This document shows, in pieces, positions 11,548-24,483 of a stretch of DNA of 35,266 bases; position 1 is the stretch's first letter; each line of letters starts with the position of its first letter. Below the pieces are notes generated by a model. That model did no database searches, had not been told where the DNA came from, and saw only the letters and a list, made by a program, of their open reading frames with translations. The translations under genes were made by a program, and so were the position numbers. The DNA is taken from NCBI RefSeq assembly GCF_001194135.2, contig NC_068996.1, positions 48,425,471 to 48,460,736 of the forward strand, written 5' to 3'. Source of the DNA: Octopus bimaculoides. Its lineage: Eukaryota.

Positions 11548-12110
11548 GTGGGCATATAATGCTTATTTATTCACATTGTGTTGAATTAATCATGCATTAT
11601 CTCATAGCTTCAAGATTTCAATGGTATTTGTATATTTTTAGAATGACATTGTTAGGTAGGTGGGAGAGGCTGGATATGGCTGGTTTTAACATAAAGCAGG
11701 TAGAATATTTGGGCTGGATATGGTTAGTCTAAATGTTAAAAGATCAACTCTTCAGCATTCTTTTTTTCTTTTTAATCTAGTTTCAGCTCATGAGCTGTGG
11801 CCATGCCGAGGCACCGCCATTTGGTGTTGCTACATAATTTTACTTCAAGAATTGACATTTGGTGCATGAGAAAGTTTGATGCATCTGCCCTCATCTGCAC
11901 TTCCTGTTGCGAAGTTGGTTCATCTGGGACACTTGACAGATTATTCTGTCAAATGTAATACTTATTTATTGACATTAGGCATTATCTCTTTGAGATTTTG
12001 ATGATGTGATTATTTAATTTTAGAATGACAATGTTGGGTAGGTGTTAGAGGCTGGATCTGGCCAATCTAAACATAAAACAGAACATTTGGACAGGATATA
12101 GTCAGCTTAA

Positions 12111-12370
12111 CCCATTAACATTCCAATTACTCTGTCAAATGTAATGCTTATTTATTCACATTGTTTTCAATTAACCATGCATAATCTTGGTGATTTGAGA
12201 TTTCAATGATGTAATTATTTTCAGAATGACATTGCAGGGTAGATGTGAAAGACCAGATCTGACCAGTTTTAATGTAAAACAAGTAGAATATTTGGTCCTG
12301 ATATGACTGATTTGAACATAAAATACGTAGAGTATTTGGGTCAGATATGGCTGGTCTAAATGCTAGAGGG
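12111..12370. mobile_element. piggyBac-type MITE; partial copies at ~11555-11748 and ~11935-12110
   Basis: TTAA is at 12107-12110 and 12371-12374, flanking CCCATTAACATT...AATGCTAGAGGG ends. The internal sequence is repeated in the two adjacent partial copies. Confidence 0.75.
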
Positions 12371-12441
12371 TTAATTATGGTCATGCTCATATACAAACAA
12401 CAAATACTTTCAAGACTAGGATGTACAGAAAAACATGTGTG

Positions 12442-12495
<54 letters not shown>

Positions 12496-12552
12496 CACAT
12501 ACAGACATACACACACATGCACACATGCATACACACACACACTGTATGATTG

Positions 12553-12711
12553 GCTTCTTTCAGTTTCCTTCTATCAAAATCCACTCAAGATACTTTACTT
12601 GGTTGGGACTAGAGAAAAAGGCATTGACGCAAGGTGCTATACAGTGCGATTGAACCCATGATCACATGAGTGGGAAGCAAGCTTCCTAACCACACCACTG
12701 TTCCTGTGCCT
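12553..12711 (-). mobile_element. SINE family B
   Basis: Same core as 6420-6560. Confidence 0.75.
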
Positions 12712-13663
12712 ACTTACCAATTATAAAATCTTGTATTCTTTAGACCATTTATCAACGAATTTGTTTTTTGTAATTTCTATATTTTGCTTTTACTTATGTT
12801 ATTCTATTTTACTCCTTATTATAATTAGGGATTGTAAATTCTTTCAATTTCTTTCATGTACTTTGACTTATTTGATTTGGGTTTCTTCAGAGGAAATTCT
12901 TCTGTAAAGGGTAAATCCAAGATACAAGTCAGTTTCACTGTTGTTTCTCTTTACTGGTCAAATTACTGTAATCTCATCCAACTCTGCCCTTTCCATACAT
13001 TGTGCACATTAAGTGTGAATTTTGTGTATGCATTTAGAGTTGAATTGTAAATGCTTGTGTGATGTTCCAGTAATCTGATGTGTTAGCTTTCTTTATTTGC
13101 ATTAATTTGTGAATATAAATTGTATTGCCTAATGCTGAACATACAACTTGATATAAACATGAACATATAATTTTGCCTACTAAAAATAATAATTCTTTCT
13201 ATTATAGGCACAAAGCCTGAAATTTTGCTGGAGGAGGTCAATCGATTGCATTGACTCTAGTGTTCAACTGGTACTATATTTTATTTTATTTTTTAAATCC
13301 TGATAGGATGAAAAGCAAATTCAACTTTGTGGAGTTTAAACTCTGAAAGTAAAGAGCCAGAAGAAATGTTGTTATATATCCTATTTTGCATGCAATACTA
13401 CATGATAAAGGTTATGAAACAGCTGTAATCATATCGAAGTAATTTTGAAAAAAAAAAATCTGTATTCACCTCTTGATTTTATGCTTTATTTACTCCTGGA
13501 AAAAAAATTTTTGTTTAAATTTTCTGGAGATTTTCAGTAACATAAACACTTTACATTTCACTAAACAGTAATTGATCACCGTGTAAACTGATAGCCGATT
13601 CCAAATGGGGGGCTTGCTATGAATGCCACTTGTTTATCTGAAGCCAACTTTTTTTACTATTCT

Positions 13664-13695
<32 letters not shown>

Positions 13696-15556
13696 ATGCC
13701 CATACTTTAATAGTATAGGCATCACATACCTATACTATTACAGTCTTCTCCCTCGTATCTTACATCCGATTCTTCTTTGTACCCAGTTTGTCTCTCAGTT
13801 CATTTATACTTTGTTGCTCCCATACACTAACATGGCACATCCAGCAAAGCATGTTCACTTCATTTCTCTCCAGACATTGCATGTCTTCTGCTCTCAAAGC
13901 TGTTGTATTCTGACTTTCAATGATTCTTCATAGATGGGGAGTTAGCTCCCTTGTATGACTTTGTTAATTATTCATGACAGGAACTGGCCACACTTACAAA
14001 ATGGTGGTCTGGAATGCGAAGGTGGGGTGAATTTCTTACTATGATACTCCCCATGGTGCATAATAATTCCTGACATTTGATACAGTAAGTCCTTTAATCT
14101 ACAAACTGCATTACTGGATAGTGGTCTAGTGGGTTATAATTCTTTGAACTGGATCTGTTCCTGACCCTGACTTACAAAAATCCATTTCAAAAATCCATGT
14201 CTCGTTGCTTCAAACAGTCTGCTCTTGATTTTTGAAAGGTAAGCCCCTTGTTTGCTGGTAAAGATAATACAGTGGAAATTTGGTTTATAAATGCCTCTCA
14301 TCACAAACAAATTGGTTAAAGAACAATTTTTCAAACATAAACCATCATGAGTAACAAATGATGTCTCAAGTAACAAACACACAAACCAGCAACAACAGTT
14401 GATGACAAACCAGGAGCATCAGCTGGAAAGCGTCAGTTGCTGTCTACCTTTCACTCAGTGCACAAATTTTCTATGCCTACCTTGATCGAATTTGCCATGC
14501 CTTCTCTTGAATTTCATAAGGGAAAAATATGGTTTATGAACATTTTGGGTGATAAATGGACTTCAGGGATCTTTTCTGTTTGGCTGCCGCTTTTCAATTT
14601 CTTCAATTTTTATTCCAATTGATTTCATATTTGATGTGTTGATGTAGTTTTGTATGATAATAATTGACATGAAATTCATTTCACCATAAATCAATGAATA
14701 AAGAGTTAATAGCATTTAAAGTTTGCAAATTTTGGGTAATTTTAGCCAATCGAAAGCCACAGACATGCAGGTGCCTGTTTCCATAGTAGCAGCTTATTAA
14801 ATGCTTGTTAAATGCTTAAACTACATAAGGCATGAGGTGGTCGTGCAATGTGCTAAAAATGATAGCTAAATAGGCCTTAAATCAATCAACAAAATTTTTG
14901 GTTTTTTGCATAATCATATGAGATTCTGTGTGATGAAAACAAATTTGCAAAAATTTTCTGAAAATTCCAAACAAATAGAAAAGTTATGAGGGGTTATATG
15001 GCGTATGGAAAGCAGAATTCCACCAATATTTTATTTGTTTACAGTTGACAACACATGCAGCGATGCACAAAATAATATCTTCCAAATCCTGTTTTCTGAC
15101 TGGGTAAAAATGATTAAACTTTAAACCTCTGAAACTTTTTTTTTTAAATGTTTCTGAAAAAAGTGAATTAGGTCTTGGGTTCAGCATGGAAAATTACATC
15201 AATACACCAAATTCTAAAATTTTTACTAAATTCAAAATTTCCGCAGAAAAAAATCCTACTTCAGGAACAAATTAAATTCATAAACCAATGTTTGACTGTA
15301 TTTCCTTGAACTTTCACCACCCCATTCATATTCTAGTGACCAGACTTTCAGAACATCCACCCACCATAGCTGATTTGCTCATCTGCATAGCAAAAGCTGT
15401 TAATTTCTTCTTGGGATCTATCTGGGTAGTTAAGTGAATCTATTTCCCAAGCATTCTCAATGATTATTCCCCCAGTGCATCTGCTATATCTTAAATTTAC
15501 CTTTTCTGTTAATATACTGACATAACATGTTGCTAGCAAGTTAGGAAAACTGTAAA

Positions 15557-15695
15557 GGCGCAGGCATAAATGCGTGTGATAACAAGTTTGTTTCCCAACC
15601 ATTTGGTTCTGGGTTCAGTCCCACTGTGTGGCACCTTGGGCAAGTGTCTATACTATGGCCTCAGAGCAACCAAAGCCTTATGGGTTGATTTGGTA
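15557..15695 (+). mobile_element. SINE family B
   Basis: aggcgcaggc...gggttcagtcccactgtgtggcaccttgggcaagtgtct. Confidence 0.8.
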
Positions 15696-15740
15696 GACAG
15701 AAACTGAAAGAATCCTATTAAAACCTGTTGGGGCAAGTGA

Positions 15741-16570
15741 AATTGAAATTGAACCAAATTCGATGACCCATGCCAGTGGAGCGCTAACAACACCATCCAA
15801 GTGTGATCATTGCCAGAGCAGCTGTCTGGCTTCTGTGCTAGTGGCATGTAAAAAGCACCATTTGAGCATGATCATTACCAACACCGCTTTACTGGCAATT
15901 GTGCTGGTGGCACGTGAAAAAGCATTTGAGCGAGGTTGTTGCTAGTACCACTGGACTGACTCCTGTGCAGGTGGTATGTAAAAAATACCATTTGAGTATG
16001 GCCGCTGCCAGCACCGCCTGACTGGCCCTCATGCTGGTGGCACATAAAAGCACCCACTACACTCTTGGAGTGGTTGGCATTAGGAAGGGCATTCAGCTGT
16101 AGAAACTCTGCCAAATCAGATTGGAGCCTGGTGTAGCCATCTGGTCCACCAGTCCTCAGTGAAATCGTCCAACCCATGCTAGCATGGAAAGCGGGCATTA
16201 AATGATGATGATGACACACATCATCATTATCATTTAGCATTCATTGTTCATGCTTGCATGGGTTGGATGGTTTGACAAGGGCTGGTAAGCTGAGGTCCTG
16301 CACCAGATTCCAGTCTGATTTGGCTTGATTTCTACAGCTGGATGCCCTTCCTAATGCCAACCACTCCAAGAGTGTAGTGGGTGCTTTTACGTGCCACCAG
16401 TACAGGTGCCAGTTGTGTGACATCATTATCTGCCACAACTATGATTTCACTTGGTTTGATGAATCTTCTTCTCAAGCATGGCATATTGCTAAGGGTCTTG
16501 GTCATTTGTCATTGCCTCCATGAGGCCCAATGCTTGAAAAGTGCTTTTTACATGCCACCAGCATGGGTGC
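15741..16570. mobile_element. Family A SINE pair, tail-to-tail (~15741-16213 plus; ~16219-16570 minus)
   Basis: The same family core occurs in opposite orientations around a GAT/CAT tract. Confidence 0.8.
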
Positions 16571-17292
16571 TGTGTCTTTGTATCTGTGTTTGTCTCCCAC
16601 CACTTGACAACTGGTGTTGGTTTGTTTACATCCCATAACTTAGCAGTTCAGTAAAGAGATCGATAGAATAAGTACCAGGCTTTATAAAATAAAAAATAAA
16701 AATTATTTTAATGTACCAAAATTTCTTCAAGGCAGTGCCCCAGCATTGGCCGCTGTTTAATGACTGAAACAAGATAAAAAAATCCTGTTCTACAATTCAA
16801 AATATAAAATGTCAGAAATATATTTGAAGGATATAATTAACCCTTTTCTTCCAGACCAACCCACCTGACAGCTCCCATTCTAGTTCAATGATACAAAATT
16901 ACCTGTTGTAAAGTTTTTTCATGTTTATATTTAAACTGTCCGTTGTAATTTTATGTAAGAATACTTTTGTTGCTGCTTTCCAAAATAGTGACTTAATAAT
17001 TCATAAATTATATATTAAAATATTTCTAATTTTCATAATAATGTTTTTCCATTGTAATTTTATAGAAAAAAAATATATATATATAAATATTTGTTGTTGT
17101 TGTTGTATTTAAAGTAACAACTCAACAACAGCAAAGTTGTTTTACTAAATCCATTCAAATTCTTAATTATTTTCACAATTAATTTCCAAATATGGTTAAA
17201 TGGTTGGTGACATGATCATGATCATGATCATCATCATCACCACCACCACCACCACCACCACCACAGCTGTCACAACAATCACCAGCATCATC

Positions 17293-17480
17293 ATCATTTA
17301 ATGTCCAGTTTTCCATACTTGCATGGGTCAGATGGACTTTATTTGGAGCAGATTTTCTACAGTTGGATGCCCTTGCTGTCACCAACCCTCACCTGTTTCC
17401 AAGCAAGGTTAAGATTTCCCCATGGCCAGACATGTTTTTCATGAAAGACTAGAAACAAAAAATCACTTGTATGATAGTTG
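17293..17480. mobile_element. Interspersed repeat family F, related to family A; also ~11095-11215
   Basis: gattttctaca...gatgccctt.ctgtcaccaac..tcacc.gttt...gtaa..tttcccatg.ccagacatgtt. Confidence 0.65.
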
Positions 17481-17540
17481 ATGCTTCTTTATAACCACAA
17501 TTTCAGATCAAGGGAACACAAAAACACATATACATGCATA

Positions 17541-18115
17541 CAGGGTGGCCCAAAAGTAGGTTTACAGATATCACGTAAGCACTTCAAATTTCTTTTAAAG
17601 CATTTTATCACATTTAAATTTCTATCTTGCAATCACATTGTTTATGCACCTCTTAAACAGACAATGTTTAATCTCTCAGACGCTCAAAATGTCATCCTTC
17701 AACATTGCAACATTCTTCAAACCTCTTCAGAACACTCTGACACACAGTGCAGCACAAACCCTGATCTCCATCAATTTCTGTGAATGCATCAGAAATGTAA
17801 TCTTTTAATTCATTTGCTGTTTTGGGATTCTTCTCATAAATCTTGTTCTTTACAACGCCACCAAAAAAGAAATCCGTTGGTGTCATATCAAGTGAATGTG
17901 GTGGCCATTTGATGCTGCTCCATCTTCCAAGCCATCACTGTGGAAACGTTTGGTTAAGGTAATTTCTTACTGTTAACGCATAAGAGCTTGACAAAATTAA
18001 CTAAATTAGCATAGAACAATGGTTTCATTTTTTTAATAATTAACATCAAAACTGTTAATATATGTATACAAAATAGATAGTTGAATAACTGTAAACCTAC
18101 TTTTGGGTCACCTTG
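17541..18115 (-). mobile_element. Internally deleted Tc1/mariner-superfamily element (575 bp) retaining the transposase C-terminus
   Basis: 27-bp TIRs (25/27 match) CAGGGTGGCCCAAAAGTAGGTTTACAG with TA on both sides. The minus frame LNQTFPQ*WLGR..KWPPHSLDMTPTDFFFGGVVKNKIYEKNPKTANELKDYI matches the WPPRSPDLTPxDFFLWG motif. Confidence 0.92.
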
Positions 18116-18161
18116 TACATACAAGCGTACACACACACACACACATGTACATACATACATG

Positions 18162-18307
18162 GCAGGCTTCTTTCAGTTTCTGTTCCCCAAATCCACACAA
18201 GGTTGAGGGCTAGAGTAGAAAACACTTGCCCAAGGTGCCATGCAGTGGGACTGAACCCATAACCATACAGCTGAGAAGCATCTTTCTCAACCATACAACT
18301 AAGCCTG
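18162..18307 (-). mobile_element. SINE family B
   Basis: Same core as the other family B copies. Confidence 0.75.
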
Positions 18308-18778
18308 CATTTTGAGATATATTACCATAAGAAATTCAGCAACAAAACTGACATAACACAATTTCATACAAAAATGTCGTAATGAAAGTTCTAAGTTATT
18401 TGTTTGCTTCAGTATTTCTATTTTCTCTTAGTTTATACTGCTATTCAAAGTGACAGTCATATTTCTTTCTTTCAATAAACTTGTTACAGACTTTACAATG
18501 AATGTTACATTTTTTTTATAGTGGTAAAATGATAAATTGGTATCATAGCCTGGCTAATTATGCCAACACAGACATATCTAAAATGTTGCTTGAAATGGTT
18601 CTGTGAATATCAAATTTGAACTGTTTGAGTAAGACCTACGTCTTACTCAAACAATTCAAATCATGTTTATGCATAAACAACAGCAATAACAAACAACAGA
18701 CACATTTAAATTGAGAAGAAAATAATTTTTTTTGTTTGTTTAGTAATATTCACATTTCTTGGATATTCTTTATATATT

Positions 18779-19210
18779 AATAGAAAAATTATTTGTAAAT
18801 CTCTCAACGAGAGACATTCAGTAACAGTACTCTAAAGTAAAGGTTATTTGCCAACATAACGTGGTAGTCCTGGTTAGGACAACTGTTACTGTTATTTAGC
18901 CCCAGGAAACATTAGCTCCTGCTAGCTATATGACACAGTATCTGCATCTTTATAGTTTTGAACAAGGGAGTTTAGCATCCCCACTCAGCTCAAAAGCAAT
19001 ATCTGTGTGCCAATGGTTTCTGGGTTCAGAATATATATTTTTCAAAGTGACACACAGTTACTGATCTAATAAATAGAAAATTATTATATCTAAATCTCTG
19101 AATGAGAAACATTCAGTAACAGTACTCTAGAGTAAAGATTATTTGCCAACATAACATAGCAGTCCTGGTTAGGACAAATGCTACTGCTATTTAGCCTCAG
19201 GAGACATCAT
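18779..19210 (+). repeat. Two direct copies of an ~140-bp repeat (~18779-18915 and ~19070-19210)
   Basis: Shared core cattcagtaacagtactcta..gtaaag.ttatttgccaacataac...gtcctggttaggacaa. Confidence 0.8.
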
Positions 19211-19708
19211 CTTTATATATTCTTTATATATTGTTTTAAAAGTAAGTTGGTTTGAATACCATTACCAACCCTGTTAATTTTCAATAAAAATTTACTGAAT
19301 TGACTAAAAAATAGTTTTGATTTTTTTGATTCCTTAAACAAAAAAAAAACAAAAAAAAGAGGCAAAACTGTTCCTCTTCTTTTTCATGGGTTGTACAAAG
19401 AAAAGCAACCCCCCCCCCCCAGAAAATTCAGAGTATATGTAACCATAATCAATCAAGGATATACTTCAAGTGTGTATGTATGTGTGTATTGACTTGACAT
19501 TCAGATTACCTGGAGTCAATACCAATTCCAAAGCCATTTGTTGGCCAGGTGTATTTGTATCTGCAGAGAACTTAAGAAGTATTTTGATTTTGCCTAGATT
19601 GATAATCCATTAACAGTAACACTTAATAACACTTTTATTTATACACACACACATACATGTACGTACATACATACATACATACATACATGCATACATACAT
19701 ACATACAT

Positions 19709-19764
<56 letters not shown>

Positions 19765-20229
19765 CACTTTGTTACCAATACACACATACACACAAATGGA
19801 CATGTACATATAATAATGTATGTTTGTGTGTGTGTATATATATATATCATCATCATCATCATCGTTTAATGTCCGCTTTCCATGCTAGCATGGGTTGGAC
19901 GATATATATATATATATACGTATATAAGGGATGACCACTAGGTAGACATCCAATATGCTAGAAAGAGGTCATCAACGACCCAACCACAAAGAAAAATAAT
20001 GTTCTCCAGAAAAATTATTTACCACACAGACACTCAATTATAGTTCTTGAATTAGTCTGCAAATAAATTTCTGATATTGGAAGAACTTGGATGATTCATT
20101 GAGATACGTAAAATATTGGATACAATATATTTCGTACACCATCAAGGTATTGGATTCCTGGCCTTGTGAGACATTTGCAGTGACACCGTTTCAACAGCCT
20201 ATGTTGTAGTTCAACTTTGTTGTCATGTG

Positions 20230-20566
20230 TGTTGCTTTGACCTGGCACTTCATCAGTTGCAATGAATATTCCAGTTGATCTGATCGATGGAACAGCCTAC
20301 TCACGATATTAAGATGCAAATGGCTGAGCACTCCACAAAAAAGTGTACTCTCGACATAAGTTCTGAGAGAGATTCAGCATGGACACAGAATGTGACAAGG
20401 CCAGCCCTTTGAATTACTGGTACTACTCATTTTTGTCAGCTGAGTGGGCTAGAACAACAAGAAATAAAGTGTCTTGCTCAAGGACAAAACATGCTACAAA
20501 GGATTGAACTCATGACCTTATGATTGTGAGCTGAATACCCTAACCACTAAACCAAGCATCTTCACT
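20230..20566 (-). mobile_element. tRNA-derived SINE family C with a conserved-core-like central domain; other copies at ~27490-27637 and ~32437-32595
   Basis: The minus-strand head is ttagtggttagggtattc...gagttcaatcc, followed by gtccttgagcaagacactttatttc...actcagctg.caaaaatgagt. Confidence 0.7.
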
Positions 20567-21534
20567 TGCTTTGGCTGATGACAGACTAATATCCTCTGAA
20601 GCTTAAATTTTCTATAAAAACACGTGAAAACCTATTCTGCTCACTTGGATCCAATTCTACACCAGGTAAGTCTTTTGGTCTCCTTATTTTTATCCTGGTA
20701 GCAATCATATATCTGGTATTATTTTTCTCACCTTTCATTCTTTCTTGATAGTAGCTGACTTGGCCTAGCCTTGACAGAACTTTTGTTAGTAAATATTTAG
20801 TATGTATAAATCACAATATCACAACTTTACTTCATGGGAGATACCACTGAGCAAACGGCTTGCTGAGCTCAAGTGGCACCTGGAACAAAGTGAAAAAAAA
20901 TACCATCAAAACAACTTAAACCATTGAAAAGACGGGTGTGTTACTAGTATTTGATAAACATGTACATTTTTATATAATCCCACAGACAATCATGACTTTA
21001 CATAACTGTAGTTTATTCAAAGCTGCTTCATGCAACATTAACTATTTAACTCCAGCCAGGCTGCGCCATTTGCAATTTGTCTGCTGCATTCATACGCATA
21101 CCTTCATACATAGTGTGCTGTAGGCAACTAAGTTATTTTACTTAGCTGACGAAGCATAACAACACAGAAACACATGCATCCTATGATCTGATGCATCTCC
21201 TTCCCATCCCCGCAGTCCAAAGTAAAAACATGTGCTTGCAGAAGTCTATATACAAAAATCTTCTCCCAGACTATTCTTGCTGTTTTAGGTTTTATGATAG
21301 CCAATTACAAAACAAACATATCGAACACAAATATATTTATTGATTACATCAAGAATTTTATAAACTTTCGAGAGAATGTGAAATAATTGTTTTCTTTTGG
21401 AATGTTTTAAAAAACATTATAGCTGTATGCGTGCTTAGAGATTCACATTACAAGTGTGTGAGTGTGTGTGTGTGTGTGTGTTTGTTTGTGTATGTGTGTG
21501 CATATATATATGTATGTATGTTTTTATGTATGTA

Positions 21535-21605
<71 letters not shown>

Positions 21606-21892
21606 TTTTATATACATGTGTGTGTTTTTAGCTATTGGCTCCATACAACGACTATTTATCTGCTTACACACAAATTATTCCACTGGCCACACAAATATTT
21701 TCTATACTCTTGCATATATTCACAAACAACACACGCATGTAAACTTTGCCTTGATGTTACAAATCAATATCTAAAAAAATTTCCCATGTTTGAATTCTAT
21801 ATTGAACTTGTTTTCTAAAACCACACACACACACACACACAGTAGAATAACTGTTACATTATTTTACTAACAAAAATCTGTTGAGATTTCTT

Positions 21893-22095
21893 TTACTTGT
21901 TTCAGTCATTTGACTGTGGCCACGCTGGAGCACCGCCTTTAGTCAAGCAAATCAACCCCAGGACTTATTCTTTGCAAGCCTAATACTTATTCTATCGGTC
22001 TTTTTTTGCTGATCCGCTAAGTTACGGGGACGTAAACACACCAGCATCGGTTGTCATGCGATGTTGGGGGAACAAACACAGACACACAAACATAT
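21893..22095. mobile_element. Interspersed repeat family D; opposite-orientation copy at ~16575-16775
   Basis: ttcagtcatttgactgtggcca.gctggagcaccgcc...tacttattctatcggtc. Partial copies are near 11775 and 28420. Confidence 0.7.
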
Positions 22096-22163
22096 ACACA
22101 CACATACATATATATATGTGTGTGTGTGTATGCATATATATATATATATATATATATATACGA

Positions 22164-22382
22164 TGGGCTTCTTTCAGTTTTCGTCTACCAAACCCACTCA
22201 CAAGGCTTTGGTTGGCCCGTGGCTATAGCAGAAGACACTTGCCCAATGTGCCATGCATTGGAACTGAACCTGAAACCGTGTGGTTGGTAAGCAAGCTTCT
22301 TAGCACACAGTCACTCCTGAGCCTATATATATATGTCCAACCCATGCTAGCATGGAAAGTGGACGTTAAACGACGATGATGA

Positions 22383-22419
<37 letters not shown>

Positions 22420-22574
22420 TTCTTTCAGTTTCCATCTACTAAACCCGTTCACAAGGTTTTGGTCGGCCCGAGGCTATAGCAGAAGACATTTGCCCAAGGT
22501 GCCACGCAGTGGGACTAAACCCGGAACCATATAGTTGGTAAGCAAGCAACTTACCACACAGTCACTCCTATGCC
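22164..22574 (-). mobile_element. Two tandem family B SINEs (~22164-22324 and ~22417-22574) with a family A tail between them
   Basis: Both copies are near consensus, with (TA)n tails. Confidence 0.8.
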
Positions 22575-22997
22575 TATACTTTTTTATTGTTGGAATCTAA
22601 AGGAAACTTATATTGAATCAATTTTTGTTGCTGTAGCTAAGAACTAATCTAAAACAAAAAAAACAAAAAATTGTCCTATATACTTAAAATATTGGATATA
22701 ACATAAAAATATTGGATGCAACATGGTCTTATTAAACACTGAGAAGAATTAGATATGATGTGGCTTTTTAAGGTAGTCTAAATATTCAATATACTTGGAA
22801 ATCTTGTTATTTGTCTACTATCAAGTTTATAGTAAAAATAAAGTAAAAGATAAGTTTTTGAAAATAAAGATAATATTGTTAAATACATTAATACATTAAG
22901 CAGACAGTGGTTATTTTTTTTTTCCCCATTCTTTGTGTGTTTATGTGTATGTATATGTGATGAGATGAGACTTTATGGAACGTCTATCGAATGAATT

Positions 22998-23003
22998 TTT
23001 ATT
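22998..23003 (-). terminator. Candidate polyadenylation signal AATAAA for CEP104
   Basis: Plus-strand tttatt about 29 nt past the stop codon. The sequence is AT-rich, so a chance occurrence is possible. Confidence 0.35.
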
Positions 23004-23031
23004 TGATGGTCAATGGCCCAGAGATTCATGT

Positions 23032-23120
23032 TTAGACATGTCCACCTCTGAACTGTTTTCCTCCCACAGGTTTTGATATGTTTCTCTTCTCTTTGGCCCT
23101 GTTAGTCACCAGAGGGCGGT
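23032..23120 (-). CDS. CEP104: Probable terminal CEP104 coding exon (NRPLVTNRAKEKRNISKPVGGKQFRGGHV-stop)
   Basis: Strong acceptor ctttttgtttctcttatttgcAG, phase 1 as the upstream exon requires. The basic tail has ISKPVGG, resembling human SKIPTPKGG. TAA is at 23034-23032 and a minus-strand AATAAA is at 22998-23003. Homology is weak, so this rests mostly on splice signals and frame. Confidence 0.7.
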
Positions 23121-23652
23121 CTGCAAATAAGAGAAACAAAAAGTGACAATGAGATAATGAATTACCGAACAAGGATGCACATGCGTGCACACGTTAAAGG
23201 AGACTGGTGATTGCAGATGCACACAAGCCTCAGGGGAAAAACAAATTTAGTGTAAAGAAGATAACAAAAGAAAACAGAATCTAATATCTACTGAATGTTT
23301 GTATGTCAAAGTAATAAAGACACAAAATAAATATGGACGACCTGCTGAATAAGACAAGAGTTACAACCAAGAAAGTCTTGTTTATAGACTAGCATCATGT
23401 CAAGCAGGATGGTGGTTTATTATTAACTGGTATTAGAAGTAGTGAGGTAGCAGAATAGTTACCATGCTGGATAAAATGCTTAGTGGCTTAGTGTTTATGA
23501 GTTCAAACTCCACCAAGGTCAACTTTGCTTTCCATCCTTTCCGGATTGATGGAATGAGTCCCAGTCAATCACTGGAGTTGATGTAATTGATCAATACCTT
23601 CCTCTAAAACTGTCAGTCTCTTGTCAAAATGTGAAAGCAGTATCAATTGATA

Positions 23653-23909
23653 CATTATTTACATTATTTACATTTGACAGATATTTGTCCTCATCTTGTT
23701 TGTTGTTAACACATTTCAGCTGATATATTCCCCAGCCTTCATCAGGTGTCCTGGGAAAATTTCGAACCTGGGTTCCCATTCCTAAGGTATTTTTCAATGT
23801 TGTTGTTGTTGTTATTATTATTACTATTATTATTATTATTATTATTCAGGTCACTGCCTGGAATTGAACTCAGAATCTTGGGGTTAGTAGCCCACGCTCT
23901 TAACCACTA
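23653..23909 (-). mobile_element. Same hammerhead-bearing SINE, copy B: head present, 3' tail truncated, 3-nt deletion in the stem III region
   Basis: The head tagtggttaagagcgtgggctactaacc...gagttcaattccaggc is on the minus strand. The core gacacCTGATGAaggctg...cagctGAAAtgtgtt is at 23750-23707. Confidence 0.85.
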
Positions 23910-24093
23910 ATAATAACAACAACAACAATAATAACATCGAAAAAATTTCTCCAAGACACCTGATGAAGGCTGGAGGGTATATCAACCGAAATGTTGTATT
24001 AACAACAAACAAAATGAGGACAAATATCCGTCTAATGTAAACAATATAAATAATGTACATAATTCCTCATCTCTTAAACATAGAACTGTATAT
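23910..24093 (+). mobile_element. Same SINE, copy C: no head, long 3' tail, inverted relative to copy B
   Basis: gacacCTGATGAaggctggagggtatatcaaccGAAAtgttgtatt is at 23955-24000. Confidence 0.85.
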
Positions 24094-24130
24094 TATCAAT
24101 TGATATTAAAGATTGTGGAATGGCAGATTT

Positions 24131-24321
24131 TGTTACGTTGTCCTACTCAGAACATAACGAGCCCAAAGAAATACTAACCAATCTATAAATGCGTTTGAGT
24201 ATCGTATCTCCCTCTCTACTTTCACTTTCATTTTCAAGCGAAACTTGCAAAAGTCAGTGAGAGCTCTAATAAAGTGGAAAGTCTGAGTTCTCAGACCAGC
24301 CATTCGAACTTGTCCACCACA
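24131..24321 (+). mobile_element. Short solo LTR-like element
   Basis: TGTTAC...CCACCACA termini, ctataaat at ~24183 and AATAAA at ~24268. No TSD is evident. Confidence 0.45.
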
Positions 24322-24483
24322 CACCTCTTTTTTTTATTATAAACACCAGACAGAGGGAAACTGTCTTCCTTGTCCATTTAAAAGAGGGCAATAAGGAGGT
24401 CATCAGAATGGACTCTGGTGATAGCCAGATTTGTTCCACTCATGACTGCTACTGCTGCTGCTGCTGCTACTTAGCATTAATCT

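Noticed and set aside
12860-15340. Possible decayed coding or DNA-transposon fragments (~12860-13100, ~14100-14620, ~14690-15340)
   Set aside because: I could not find a recognisable motif or termini by eye, so they are left unannotated.
22680-22725. 20-bp local tandem duplications (also ~33503-33548)
   Set aside because: These are ordinary slippage duplications with no further structure.
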